Counted from the first letter of the stretch, positions 12,901-26,000 are shown. The stretch is DNA of 64,000 nucleotides from Owenia fusiformis (GCA_903813345.2 CAIIXF020000001.1:48794001-48858000), one strand, 5' to 3'. The notes: a model not told the origin generated them from the letters alone. Made by a program: numbers and translations.

Positions 12901-14422
12901 GAGTGATTGCATACCCATACAGCTACTAAACTGACAAAATCATTGTTTCCACTTTCCAGTAAAGGGGAAACTGACCAGTTATTTACAAGGCTTTATTAAA
13001 GACCACCTCTAAACACATATAATATAATATATCATTTGTGTTCTGGGAAACTCCTTTATAATATTGATATACTTATATTGATATATTCAATGAAAATTAT
13101 TTATATTAGAACAAGAAAGGGGGGGGGGTCATTTACCAGTCAAAACAGACTGCTCTGGCCTCTTTCTGGAGAATATTCAATCAGTAATATATCCAACAAT
13201 GGCCATCAAAATATTCTTGATACCCATCAATTTGGTTGAAAAATGTTGAATATGTTCATATATTTGATCTTCCAAGGCAAACATTTAAGCAGTTTGTTCA
13301 AGCTGAATTTTTTAATCAAGATGGCTTGGACAAACAAACTAATTGACAAACAAAAAGCAAAGTGAATGAATCATTTCAAATCTGAGTCCAGTCCTCTGTA
13401 ATTCAGGAGAAGAGGGGTCATATCAAACATTCTCTAGTTTAATGCATTAACTTTGTTGTTTGCACCTATAAACTTTGCATCAGATGAATAAGTGATTGAA
13501 CAATACTCTGTAAAATTTTGGTGCATTTTAGAGAAAAAATAACGATTTCGAGTTCAATTATCAAATGTTCCAATTTTTTTTGGACCACCCTGTATATGTA
13601 AGTCGATGTACCATATTTAATGTAACTATTTTTATCCTGATTTAAAGTTGGGTATTGTTTTTTTGGCGCACCCTGTATATATGTTAAATGCTGTATGTTG
13701 TAGGTGTATATCCAGTACAAGTTAAAGAACACTGATGGCTGGTCCATTAAATCCTCCCAGTTAGACATAGTTGGCTGTGTAGCTAGTTTCCTACAGATGA
13801 TTGTAGATGCCTTCAATAATGGTGAGATATTCATCTGAATTTAATACATGATTAGTTATTAATGAAAACGCAGAATGAAATCATTTGCTTCAATGTGGGT
13901 GGGTATCACTGTATATATGATTGAAGTTAAATGGGCCATGTACATGTATATAAAAATGTCAAACTCTTGTTTTTATGAATTCTGTGTAAATTATTATTAC
14001 AAAATTGTGTATCTTTTGCTTTTCACACACAGAAAACTGGAATATATCAGCTGTGTATCTTGCAAAATGAATGTAATGACATTTGCATTATAAATGATCA
14101 ATATTGACATACCAAAACAAATTCCCGTGTTCAAGAGAAAAATGGGCTTGCAAGGAGCATACATCCATTTGATTAAAAATCTGATTTCTAAGTGTTATTC
14201 GTTGCAGATGACTGGGATGGAACCTTTGGCAATCCTGGCAAAATGATGCTTGCATTCGTCAGTCTCTTCTTTGATCTGATTTTCTGCATGCAACACTATA
14301 TACTCTATCCTAAATCTCAAGCCACCAAAGTCCCAAAGTCACCTTTAGTAAAGACAGAGTCACCATTTCAAGGATTTTCTGTGGGAACTGTTCACAAGCC
14401 AGGCAGCATATATGATCTCTAG
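3981..14422 (+). CDS. CTNS: Cystinosin-like PQ-loop transporter, 7 coding exons, about 421 aa
   Basis: Exons 3981-4119, 7673-7748, 9883-10309, 10705-10867, 11245-11372, 13704-13821 and 14208-14422 have GT-AG ends and consistent phases (1266 nt in total). The protein contains cystinosin motifs [72 protein letters not shown] and [28 protein letters not shown]. Exons 1-2 are less certain than exons 3-7. Confidence 0.93.
4728..5200 (+). repeat. About 90-bp direct duplication in cystinosin intron 1
   Basis: GATTCACTT...ATGGCGCTCCAATGGGGTAGGGAAGGAGAAAATG...AACCAAATCACTA occurs at about 4731-4813 and 5079-5161. Confidence 0.75.
7951..8572. mobile_element. TIR element with long internal palindromes
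   Basis: Inverted ends GCGATAATAGGGT / ACCCTATTATCGC; hairpins at about 8210-8348 (loop region GAGACGAAGTCGAG) and 8372-8453. Confidence 0.7.
8582..9720 (+). mobile_element. Helentron-associated (HINE / pearl / DINE-1-like) element with internal tandem array
   Basis: 5' hairpin TATGTCACCACCAAAAGTGGTGACATA, a GGCGTCC-rich microsatellite-like tract, about 7 tandem units of 125-170 bp (AAAATCATCTAC at about 8731, 8855, 9023, 9171, 9319, 9454, 9589), and a 3' subterminal inverted repeat GGTGGTGACAT. Confidence 0.8.
11403..11580. mobile_element. Short pogo/Tigger-like MITE (CAGTAGAA TIR, TA TSD)
   Basis: TA|CAGTAGAACCTG ... CAGTTTCTACTG|TA; a related decayed copy lies at about 48742-48890. Confidence 0.8.
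12345..13675. mobile_element. Tc1-type MITE (CAGGGTG TIR), outer element
   Basis: TA|CAGGGTGGGCCAAAAA...AATACCCAACTTTAAATCAG and inverted CTGATTTAAAGTTGGGTATTG...GGCGCACCCTG|TA. Confidence 0.82.
12495..13592. mobile_element. Tc1-type non-autonomous element nested in the previous one
   Basis: TA|CAGGGTGGTCCAAAAAAAATTGGAACATTTG ... CAAATGTTCCAATTTTTTTTGGACCACCCTG|TA; imperfect TIRs of about 175 bp. Confidence 0.85.
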
Positions 14423-14503
14423 TAGAAGCAGTGAAAGGTCCAATATTGCGTGATAATCGAGATAACAATGATCTTATATGTTTCAATGCCAATTCATGAG
14501 ATG

Positions 14504-14735
14504 TACAGTGATCTAGATTATAGTGCTCTAGCATACATTGCTCAAGGGTACAGTTCTTTTGGGTACAGTGCTCTCATGTGTGAGTACAATTCTCAAGGGT
14601 ACAGTTCTCTAGAGTACAGTTCTCTAGGGTACAGTGTTTTGGAGTACAATTCTCTAGGGTACAGTGTTCTAGATTACAGTTCTCTAGGCTACAGTGTTCT
14701 AGCATACAATCCTCAAGGGCACAGTTCTCTAGCAT
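14504..14735 (+). repeat. 15-bp minisatellite (TACAGTTCTCTAGGG)n in the cystinosin 3' region
   Basis: About 14 degenerate tandem copies read directly. Confidence 0.85.
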
Positions 14736-14834
14736 TGAATGCTACAGAGTTGGTTGAACCTTAGATAAAGGGTAAAGGTCTTTGGAGATGTTTGGTTGCC
14801 TATATATCTTTATTTTTCTAATCAGCGTTCCTAG

Positions 14835-15283
14835 TAGTGTTGTCGCGATTAATCGATACATCGCGATATACATCGCCAAAGCTGATTCTGGCGATGCATC
14901 GATGTCTGAAACAAAACATCGATGTTTTAAAAAAAAATTCATTTGCTAAAAATCACCCTTTCTTATCTTATTTTGACGCAAATCGCTTAACTTTCTCATG
15001 TCTTATTTCATTTCCCAATGTTTTCTGATATTATTTCGCCTTAAAACTGTTTTAGCTAGTCGAAATGAACCATTAATCTAAAGAAAATTACTTTACTTTC
15101 ATTTCACCATTACTAGAAGTTCCCGGATGAACCAGCGTTCTGTATTTTAGTGCATTAGCGTTCGGTATTTCAGTGCACTTTTCTCGGACTTTTTCTCGAT
15201 GTACATCGCGATGTGCATCGATGTTTACGACTGAAAATTGCCGATGCATCGATGTACGATTATGGCACATCGCGACAACACTA
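14835..15283. mobile_element. hAT-type MITE with 8-bp TSD
   Basis: TIR TAGTGTTGTCGCGAT / ATCGCGACAACACTA; perfect TSD GTTCCTAG at 14827-14834 and 15284-15291; subterminal CATCGATG repeats. Confidence 0.93.
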
Positions 15284-15486
15284 GTTCCTAGACTACAGGT
15301 TTCCGACCTTTATTGAAAAAGATGTTACCTCAAAATGTATCTTATATGGTATTGAATCATTCAACATTCTAATTTTTGAGTGGTTTTAACAATACATGTA
15401 GAATTATTCTGGATGAGATAAGGGTGATTTACTCACTTCGAGAGCCATGTTAGATTTTGAAACTTATGGCTCTCAAACAGGGAAAT

Positions 15487-15690
15487 GGACAGCTGAATAA
15501 TAGTGACCTTTCAAACACGAATTAAGTCGATCAGCGGCCTACTTTTGTTCTCTAACTATCGAAAAAGAAGTATTTCAGCGCTCCAATACTTGCACGGATT
15601 GATGATACTGATGTAAGACACAGTTAGAGACCAAAAGTAAGCCGCTGAAATCTTTATTCATATTTTAAAGGTCACTATTACTCAGCTGCC
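15487..15690. repeat. Imperfect palindrome (about 70-bp arms)
   Basis: CAGCTGAATAATAGTGACCTTT...CAGCGGCCTACTTTTGTTCTCTAACT pairs with AGTTAGAGACCAAAAGTAAGCCGCTG...AAAGGTCACTATTACTCAGCTG. Confidence 0.7.
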
Positions 15691-17315
15691 CAAGTGCGCT
15701 GTGGGAAAGCTATTGTATCAAAATCCACATAGCTTTCGCAGGAAGTAAAGGGTGATATTATCAAAAAAATTGTTTCTAATGCATACACCTTTTAACTTGT
15801 TTTAAGTTTCATGAAATTCAAGGTACAAAAAACCTTATTTACACTTGCACTCCACATTATTGATTAGACTCCACAAATTATGTAAGGGCTCATTCCATAG
15901 GGTTTGCATTAAATTGTTTGATTTGTTGAAAAGATAGGTCTTAAAGGCTGTTTCTATGTAAAAAGAGCAAAATCTTTGCAATGACCCCTTATTTAGAAAT
16001 ATGTATTATTGAGCCAATTTTAGCCTCTTTATTAGCAATTTTTGGCTTTTTACATCAACTGCTGGGATAAATTATTAACCGAGTCATATGTACATATGTA
16101 GTACATTACTAGTCGTATGTACATATGTAGTACATTAAAATGCTCAACATGTAAGAGAATAGAAACTCCACTTTTGCAATTATATTCACCAAACTCTTCT
16201 ATCTACCAGGGTGCAATGTAAGCACAATGAGAACCTCAGAACTAGTTCGTTGTAATCTGGGCCAGCTGATGTTTTAACATGTGTAGGAAAACTATTGCGC
16301 ACCATGACTCTAACATATAAAAAGAGAAAAGGCTAGCATGGCTTACAGTGATGCCTTCAGGTTTCTTTCTCAATATGGTGCTTAATCACTTGCTTTTGTC
16401 AAATCATCTGTTTGACAGGCTGCAAATATATTTTCAACAGGATGACAATAGCAACCGATTGCTCTATTGCTTGGGAGATCACTGGAATAGCCTAGCATAA
16501 TAATGAGACTACGCATACTCAACATTGTATATTCTAGTATTATGCCACACAATAAACATTGTAATCTCATCCAACATTAACTTGCCACACGTCTCGTTTA
16601 TTAGTTCAGGGGATATAAAGAAATACCAAGCAAGTCAAACATGAGAGGTAGTTTTGCCACTGTATTATGGGTAATTTTAAAGCAGCATCATACATGTCAT
16701 GCATGTATTTGTATATATTAACTATTTTTATCTGGATAAAATATTCAAATTGTATTGTTTTTAAGGTTTAACTTATAGTGAAGATTATGTGCAGTTTTGT
16801 TACAGCAATTAAATGTTATATTCAGTATCAAATCATGCAGTTGCAGCATATTGTATTGTTATAAGGTCAAGGTCACTGCATCAAGGGTACAAATTAAAAG
16901 GTCAAGGTCACTGCATCAAGGGCTTTGTATTACAAGGTCAAGCTTGCACATGTATATCACTTATATTTGTTTTAAAAATAACTTCAGTGAATCTCTACTG
17001 CAGGTGCTTTGTGTCTTTATTTTGCCCAAATTGATATTTTCTTTGCAACTTTGTATAGAAAGGGGCTGTTTGTAAGGGATTGGGTATATGTATTCAAAAT
17101 CCAAAGAAACCCACTCTTTATACTGAATTTTATGATGCATATAAATGTAGAAACAGTATTTTGATACACAAATGCATGAGCCACACTTTAAATGATGTAT
17201 CATCATTTTATCTGGCACAATGATCCAATTGTACATAATCATGATGCGAAATACATAACATTTTAAAAATTGCACACTATATATTATATTTAGAATGTAT
17301 AGAGGTTATCATATT

Positions 17316-17345
17316 AGTTTAGTTTAGTTTAGTTTAGTTTAGTTT
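17316..17345. repeat. (AGTTT)n microsatellite
   Basis: Six tandem copies. Confidence 0.9.
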
Positions 17346-17594
17346 ATCTCAAACAAAGAAAAGACCCCAGGCACATATTTTACAAAAATAATACGATATA
17401 TGTTTACATCAGTTTAGCAGCTCCGGTCTTTGGTTAGATGCTATAGCAGAAAGTTGAAATGGAAGAAAAGAAATGAAATGGAATTCATTCTCCAAACTTT
17501 ATGCCTTGGTACAATTAACAAAGAGGACATATGCGATATGCCTTTAACATATTCTGATAGTGATTCAGTATTAGTCACTATGTGTCACCAATGC

Positions 17595-18636
17595 ATGCTG
17601 TATCATATGTGCTGTACCATGTGTATGTGTGCTGTATCATGTGCTGTACCATGTGTATGTGTGCTGTACCATATGTGCTGTTCCATGTCTATGTGTGCTG
17701 TATCATATGTGCTGTACCATGTGTATGTGTCCTGTACCATATGTGCTGTACCATGTGTATGTGTGCTGTACCATGTGTATGTGTGCTATATCATATGTGC
17801 TGTGCCATGTGTATGTGTGCTATATCATATGTGCTGTACCATGTGTATGTGTGCTGTACCGTATGTGCTGTACCATGTGTATGTGTGCTGTATCGTATGT
17901 TCTGTACCATGTGTATGTGTGCTATATCATATGTGCTGTACCATGTGTATGTGTGCTGTATCATATGTGCTATACCATGTGTATTTGTGCTGTACCATAT
18001 GTGCTGTACCATGTGTATGTGTGCTGTACCATGTGTATGTGTGCTATATCATATGTGATGTGCCATGTGTATGTGTGCTATATCATATGTGCTGTACCAT
18101 GTGTATGTGTGCTGTACCATATGTGCTGTACCATGTGTATGTGTGCTGTATCATATGTGCTGTACCATGTGTATGTGTGCTGTATCATATGTGCTGTACC
18201 ATGTGTATGTGTGCTGTACCATATGTCCTGTACCATGTGTATGTGTGCTGTACCATGTGTATGTGTGCTGTATCATATGTGCTGTACCATGTGTATGTGT
18301 GCTATATCATATGTCCTGTACCATGTGTATGTGTGTTGTACCATATGTGCTGTACCATGTGTATGTGTGCTGTATCATATGTTCTGTACCATGTGTATGT
18401 GTGCTGTATCACATGTGCTGTACCATGTGCATGTGTGCTGTATCACATGTGTTATACCATGTGCATGTGTGCTGTATCATATGTACTGTACCGTGTGTAT
18501 GTGAGCTGTACCATATGTGCTGTTCCCTGTGTATGTGTGGTGTATCATATGTGCTGTTTCATGTGTATGTGTGGTGTATCATATGTGCTGTACTATGTGT
18601 ATGTGTGCTGTACCATGTGAATGTGTGCTGTGCCAT
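17595..18636. repeat. Compound minisatellite of 14- and 20-bp units (TGTGCTGTAYCATA / TGTGCTGTACCATGTGTATG)
   Basis: About 1 kb array; explains the overlapping Cys/Val-rich ORFs in all three + frames. Confidence 0.95.
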
Positions 18637-21020
18637 TTGTATCAAAATGTATACATATATACTATTAAAGTTTGTAAATCATATAGAATAGGATATCCTC
18701 CCCTTTATTTTTTCCTTCCATTGGATGTGGGGTTATTTCAGGAGGGTTTAATGTAATACTAATCAGCATATACAGGTGTCTGATTTACAATATGATTTTT
18801 CGAAAAGTGTATTATTTAAATCCAATCAGATTAAATACTGTAAAACATTGGATCAATTAAATAAACATGATAGATTACTTGTACCTTTATTTTTCATGCT
18901 TAGCTGTTTAAAATAAGTTTTAGATTTTTTGTCGTAATCAGCAACATGATGTGCAATGTAGCAGTATTTTCTTCAACTCTATATAACAAAAACAAGATAA
19001 TTTGCTAAAAATTGATTCAAATGTGGCATTCAGTAGAGTACTTGGAAAGAAACAATCAATTGTCATTTTTAATCCAATATATGTGTATACCCAAAACTGA
19101 ATATCAGGGGTATTGTGGCTTTATAATACATGTAATAAGCAAGAAATGATATATTTTCTTTGTTATCACAGGCTCTTAGATGTTACAAGGACACTGTGAT
19201 TTTAATTCTTGATTTTAACTTTTCATATGATTTTCTCTCCAATATTTCACCAAAGAAATGTATGAAACCTACATTCCTCACTTTTGTATGATGGCACTAC
19301 TATTAAGTTACTAGTACACAAGTTGCTTTCCAAAGGCAAGGCACAAACTATCACAAGGACATCTGTATCTGACTGCTCATTGCAACACAAAAGTGTCCTT
19401 GTAACATTAGCAATAAAAAAGAGGAATCTCTGTCACAAAAGTGAGGAAATTGCATTGTGGTAAAACTGTTTAAATTGGGAATCCAAATTATCACGCTAAC
19501 AGAACACCATCCATGATGTAACAAGAACATATTGTCCTCATAAAGAGGAAGATATATTGTCCGCATAGCATATTAAGACCCTTGTTTTAATAACAGAATG
19601 AGACCAAAAATACTGTGTTAAGAATAGTGTATCATTCACAGTTAGGTTATCAAATTGTAGATATTGGTTAAAAATTTATCATATATTTAAAGAAAGTTAG
19701 TATATTTACAGTACCATTGTATATGTTATATATTTTATGCGCTCACTGCTCAGTATTGAGTAAAATATCTGATATCACCACGGACAAATGTGGTCATCTA
19801 TGTACACTGGATGTGATCAATGTACATGTAAAATACAGTTTCTATGAATTAAGTTAAGACAGGGATTCCTAGATATCGATTTAATTTGCAATCATGTACC
19901 TATGATGTAAAATATGCCTGTTCTTCAGATTGCATTAGTAATTGAAATTTTTTTAGCAAGGGGAATTCAAGCACCCCCCCCCCCTTCTGGCCAAAACTTA
20001 TTTTAGAATCATGCAGTTTTTCAGTGTTTTGAGCACTTTCCAAGTGATTTTCTGCCAAAATTGTCAAATTTGAACTCCCTTGGATCTTTTTAAAAACTGA
20101 ACCCCCATTGGCAAAAGCTGGCTACAGGCCTGTTATTACACGGTAACATTGTCAACTTGACATTGTAATAAAAGCAAGTGGTCTATCATGCTACTTTTCC
20201 GTCTCAAATACATTTGCCTTGCTCTGATCAGTATGTGCATTGACTTGAATAATTTAATCACATCCATAGTTTGTAATCACTGCTTCATATTGATTCATCG
20301 TTGATAAGAATACATACAAACATGTTTGATAGAGATCATTTTTGATATGAATTCATGCTTGCACTTGATTTTGACTCACATTCGAAATGATTTCATGATA
20401 TGGATACAAATTTTATATGCAGTCATTACAATGTTTCGCATTGTGCTTAGCAATGCAAAAGCTATTGGTCTGATTAGTTTGTTATAAGTTATTTTTGAAA
20501 ATATGTTTTTACTCAGTATTTATTTCATAAACCTGTAATGACTAAAATTAAGACCCTATTGTATAGTTAACACCCTATAAGGTGTGCTGCTATTTTAAAT
20601 GTGAATAGATAAATAAATATATATAAAAATTAAATAAGGAAATACATATTATGTGAAATATGATCATACATGATCAATGAAATGGGTTGCTCATGAACAC
20701 CTAATGCAAGGTGGGATTATAGTGTGTCATATTTTATATGGAATAGTATTTTATATGGATAAATGTTTAGGAATATAAATTTGAAATGGAAGATCCAAAT
20801 TGAGTTTGTATATTCTTATGTCACCATCAAAAAGAAGTGGTATATTGCTGTAGCAAAAATTTTGTGAGTGGCATTCAACATGCATAACAACAAATGGTTA
20901 AACTTTTGTAATTGCAATCAGATTGAGGCATTTTGTCATTTATGTCATTGTATGCTGACAACTTGTATCAAAACACATAATGTAATAAAATGTTAAAGAC
21001 CATCAGGACAATCCAATGTA

Positions 21021-21581
21021 CAGGGTGGTAAAAAACGGAAACCCTGCATTTTCCTCATATCTTTGTCATTTAAAAAAAATACTCCCTGATATTTCACACA
21101 TTTGTACATCATTCAATTTCCTACTACCCTACCATATTTCATGACCATCAGACTGATAGTCACAATTTTACAGCACTTTGAACAACATGCTTCAGGTTTG
21201 GCATTATTGCGCTGTAGGCAAACCTGCACAGTTGTCAATGATCCAAATGCATTCCTCAGCAGGTATGACCTGAATGATACAGATGATCTCACTTTTGAGG
21301 TCTGCAATTGTCCTGAGGTCATTCTTATACACTCTATCTCTGCCATATTCCCATAGGTAGGGACATTTTGGACGACATGTACAGGTTGGTCTACAGCGCA
21401 ATAGTGGCCACCGGGTATGTTCTTTAAAGTGCTGTAACACTGTGACTATCAATCTGATGGTCATGAAAGAGGGTAGGCATATAGGACATTGAGTGATGTA
21501 CAAATGTGCAAAGTTATTTCTAAAAATAACAAAGATATTAGGAAAATTGTGTTAGGGTTTCCCGTTTTTTTGACCACCCTG
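21021..21581 (-). mobile_element. Internally deleted Tc1/mariner element with a transposase C-terminal relic
   Basis: TA|CAGGGTGGT ... ACCACCCTG|TA with about 200-bp imperfect TIRs; the minus strand reads YLWEYGRDRVYKNDLRTIADLKSEIICIIQVIPAEEC..IDN and, after a frameshift, QVCLQRN. Confidence 0.85.
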
Positions 21582-22058
21582 TATATGGCTGTCAATTATG
21601 CTTAAATCACTACACCACTGGCGGACCCATGGACCCCTCCTTGGCTGGGTCCAGAAGAGATTTTAAGGGCCTCAAAAAGTGGGCCTTTTTGGGCAAAACT
21701 TGGGCTTTTTAGGCCAAATTATCAAAATATGGGCCTCAAATTTTCAATATTTGGGCCCGATATTGGGTTTTGGGGCCCCAAATTTTTTCCCTTCACAAGC
21801 GCGGAATTTTTTTTGTAGAACTCTGTAGAATTCTTGTCTTATTTACATATGATACACCTTAGTCTACCTGTACAATCAATGGCTTTGAAAGGGTGAATAA
21901 GTTTTGCTGTCGTATACATTGTTTTATGTGAAGAAGTTTCAAAATATGAACAAAGAACACATTTTCTAATTTATTTTTGTACTTAACATATATTTATTTG
22001 TTTTAATACAACTGTTAGATGCTTGAAGCTATCAAGTCTATTTGTATATGTATACATA

Positions 22059-22353
22059 CAGGGTGGGCAATAAAAATGGGACAGTTTGTTTCATTCTTAA
22101 AAGTTTTTAGGATCACATAGATAAATAAACCATGTGTAATATACCATGTTTTTCGAGGCAATGTGTCACATTTCTTGCTTCAAGAAAAAATAATTAAAAC
22201 TTGCATTAATTGATTTGAAACTTTACTTACATGTACAGAAATATTCAAACTTCATACTCTTCAATTAGTTTGATATTTGGTTCATATCTGCTCTTTGAAA
22301 TAGAATATATATACAGTCATATTTGAGTGTCCCATTTTTACTTGCCCGCCCTG
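22059..22353. mobile_element. Tc1-type MITE (CAGGGYGGGCAA TIR, TA TSD)
   Basis: TA|CAGGGTGGGCAATAAAAATGGGACA ... TGTCCCATTTTTACTTGCCCGCCCTG|TA. Confidence 0.88.
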
Positions 22354-23026
22354 TATATATCAATATGTGTATTATTTTAACACTTTGGAGGCAGCTAATC
22401 TTAGAATACTAAAGGAAATAGCTCAAATAGATATTTTTGAATAATAATGTGAAAAATAAATGTTTTTGTACATAAGCATATTAGATATTAGATATGGCAT
22501 ATTTTCAAAATAATGAATCGAATTATGTGGTCACGAATAAAAGAGAATTGGGAATGTGCATGTGAAATTAATGAATTCTAAAACCAACGCACTTGAGATT
22601 CTGGGCAAAGCTTCTTTTGTATCTCCTGAGTATATGGTAATGGTTATACTTTAAGATGGCAGCGTCATCAGAGTCAGTGTCTTCTGTCTCTGAGTTAAAT
22701 TCGCAACAACTTCTATAACACTGCCATCTTTTAATAAATCTACAATTCACATTTGTCCCCAGCAGTATTCAGGTATTGTCCCCAGGTGGTACATGTGATA
22801 TCATCTTATTTTTTCAAAGGCAATATTCATGTTACATTAATATTTATTTCCCAGGTTCACATACATTAACATGGTGGCCGAATCGTGCAATTGGGCCATG
22901 GACGGGGTAGAGGTCCATGGTTGGGGGCAGGTATTGTAGGTTTCCATGGGGCAATATTTTCTGAGGAACAATATTTTACTTTGGGCCCTAATGATATGTT
23001 ACATATTAACCTTTATCTTCTCAATG

Positions 23027-26000
23027 CTAATACAACACTTCAGGCTGGTCGTTGTGACTATTATATGCTTCGTTCAACTCTCCCTGTTTGGATGGTACAG
23101 TTGGGGCAACCATATCGATGCTATCATTGTCATAGATGTTCTTTGCTCTGTCTTGCACTGTGTCTAAAGGTGGAGTTTTCCTGTAAGATTTATGTACCTT
23201 TGAGTAAATGTCATCCTCCACATCCAGCTGGAAATAAAATAAAAGGAAATTATCATTCTGATTTCACATTTTTCTGATTCCAATGGATGACAAGGACAGT
23301 TGGATTAAAAATGAGACATTTCTGGAATAACTGTTACATGTTTTAATATTAATGACGACATAAACCACTTTGCATAGCCAGCATTTACCTGTACGTGTTT
23401 TGTTTTTATGGGATCAGTTGGCACATGCGATCTCTCATTCATATCATTCAATACATCGTTTTGTATATCATTTTGAAGAGGTTCTAGGTAAGGTTCAATC
23501 ACGGGTGCCTCCATCGCTTCTGTTGGTGTATGATGTTCTTTTTGTGTCACAGGTATTGTTTCAACGTGTGATTTTCCTGAACCAACATGTCTCGGCAGCA
23601 AAGAAACCTGCTGTTGAGGTTGGGCAACTTGTTGCCATTCTTTTGGTGGATCTATTATCTCGGCCAATGCAGCAGATGCAAAATGTTGCCTATCAGTTGA
23701 AGGTGAGCTGAGAGATGGTAGGGAGCCCGGCATTGAGTTTGCATTTGTTTTGTAAGCTGGCGGGGGTGTCTCTGTAGGCACTGGTACTTCTATTTTAGGG
23801 GGTCTGCTAGTACTGCTTACAACGTTCAATGTTGTGTACACATTTTTCTCCGAGATTAGTTGCTTGTCTGATCCTGGCTCGCTACCCAGGATCTTGTGGT
23901 GTGGATGTACGGCGAGGGCAAACCCAAAGACGTACTCCGCCTCCATCACTCTTAATCTATCACTGAGTCGAGTGGGACCCCATTCCTTTGCAGGAGTACA
24001 TGTTTCTATGAGTCGCTGAAAATGTAGCATCTTCATTTGAAAGCACTTTTGAGTAACATGCTTAGATGACAAAACAGACTTATAAATATTGGGAGGAGGT
24101 TCCAGCTAAATAATTGGCAAGTCCACAATGACGTGTGTACATGTAACCTCTATACTATTTCGGTTACAATGAAAATAGACCACGTCATGTGACACATTAC
24201 TCTTTTTACAATTGTATTTTTCAATCAGTCGTCATAATTATCATTGCAATTAAGAAGCCAGCTAACATAAGTTGTATCAAACTCAGATAAAATAAAATCC
24301 ACATACCTCTTTCATGGATCCCTTTGCCCTACACAGCCTGAATATGGCCACAACGAAGATGGGCAAGATGGCTATTAGCCCTAGAATTATGCCGACCCAA
24401 TTAGCCCAAGTTGGATACTGATAGTCACCAAACTGTCGTATTTCCTGGTACCAGTCCACCCATTCAAAGAACATGATATACTGAAACGGGAATAAATAAT
24501 GTTGATCCCAAAGAAAATGATGGTTTTAGTACTGAACATACAGGCTCCTCGATTGCCGTAGTATTAGAATGCTATTAGATGCACGTTTTCATTTGTCTAA
24601 CGCTTGTTAAAGATGGAAGGGACTGTGGAATCCACAATGGATGCTACATGTGTGTATGTTTTCCTCCACAGGCTGTCCTCTGACATCCTGTACTGTTTTC
24701 ATTCACTCACCAGCATCATGATAGGGGCTATTACTTGACACCCGGCTCTCCACCACCAGTAACTACATCCCCCTGTCTGACGCCCTCCTATCATCAACTG
24801 TATATCCCTGGAGAATCTCGACCAGCCTGGAAATTAAAAGCAAATCATTCATTTTACATATGGTTGTTTGTCAATATGTAAGTATGCAGTTGATGGTCGT
24901 AGGCACAGATTCAAATAGGCACAATCACTCTTTTCGGCATTCTGCTCGATACAATCTGACCCTTGTCATCAGTTTTATTACATCCTTCCGCATATCCATT
25001 TGATTCTGCATGTCATTCTCTTGCAAAGGATTTGACTTCATTTTCAATTTGGTTGATTGTTTGTCAAAAAATTATTAAAAATTAAAGCAAGTATGCATGA
25101 TCCTAACAAAACTAGATTCAGACACTTACCATATACCCAAGAAATGGTAATGGACTCCAGGAAGAGAATAGTGACAATCGGCCAAGCTGTGATAGAATTA
25201 TCAAGGAGCCATATGGCATACACTCCACCCTGTAAAATGAAAAATAACCCCAAGTTAAACTGACGTTGGACATTGTTGGCACATTCGGATAAGCCGCGCA
25301 TTACTGTAAATGAATGGCATAGTCATGATGGGAAAGTCATCTAAATAAGTACAGTACCAGTTATCCATAAGATTATACAACCAGTTGTGGTGCTAGGCCA
25401 ATCAAAATGAGTTATGAGATCAATCAAAGCAATCGAAGAATTTGTTCTAGTAGTAGTATCAGCATCTGAAACAATTAAAAAGGATATGCGCGTCAGAAAT
25501 ATATGAATTGTAACTAACCTGGGTGCAAAGGAGGAATCCAAACAGGAGGAATACGAGGCAAAAGAACAGCAAAATGACAATCTTCCTGTTCCTTAATGAT
25601 GGCCTGTAGTCTATGATGGCAGTGAGCAAAACTTGTGTCCAGATGAACTGAAAAAAAGACAAAATAATCCTCAGTGGATAAAATAAGTAATTTAATGATA
25701 TAAAAATGGCAGTGATTCGAACAAATGGACAAATTACACACCATAGTTTTCATATCAACCAAACACTTTCAATGAAAATGAAGAGACATACTTCAAAATG
25801 AAAATAAAATCAAAATGAAATGGAATCCATGAGACAATGAGCGAGCTCTCAATTTTGTGGCAGAAGCTAGCAAGACCAGACATACAATGTCTGCATATAC
25901 CTGCGTTATGGTTTAAAAGGATTCGTAATATAACCCATTCTGTTATCAAACTAGGCCTACTCAATATTTACCAGTGTGTCTATGCCAACACTTAAGACAA

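Noticed and set aside
14450..14764. ORF with YSSLG repeats
   Set aside because: Translation of a 15-bp minisatellite downstream of the cystinosin stop.
17430..18756. Long Cys/Val/Tyr-rich ORFs (396, 291, 208 and 158 aa) resembling metallothionein or keratin-associated proteins
   Set aside because: They are translations of a stop-poor 14/20-bp minisatellite; all three frames give the same peptide repeats.
22865..22990. Pro/Cys-rich stretch on the minus strand after the SLC6 stop, a possible extra exon
   Set aside because: No convincing donor links it to the reading frame and no recognisable homology.
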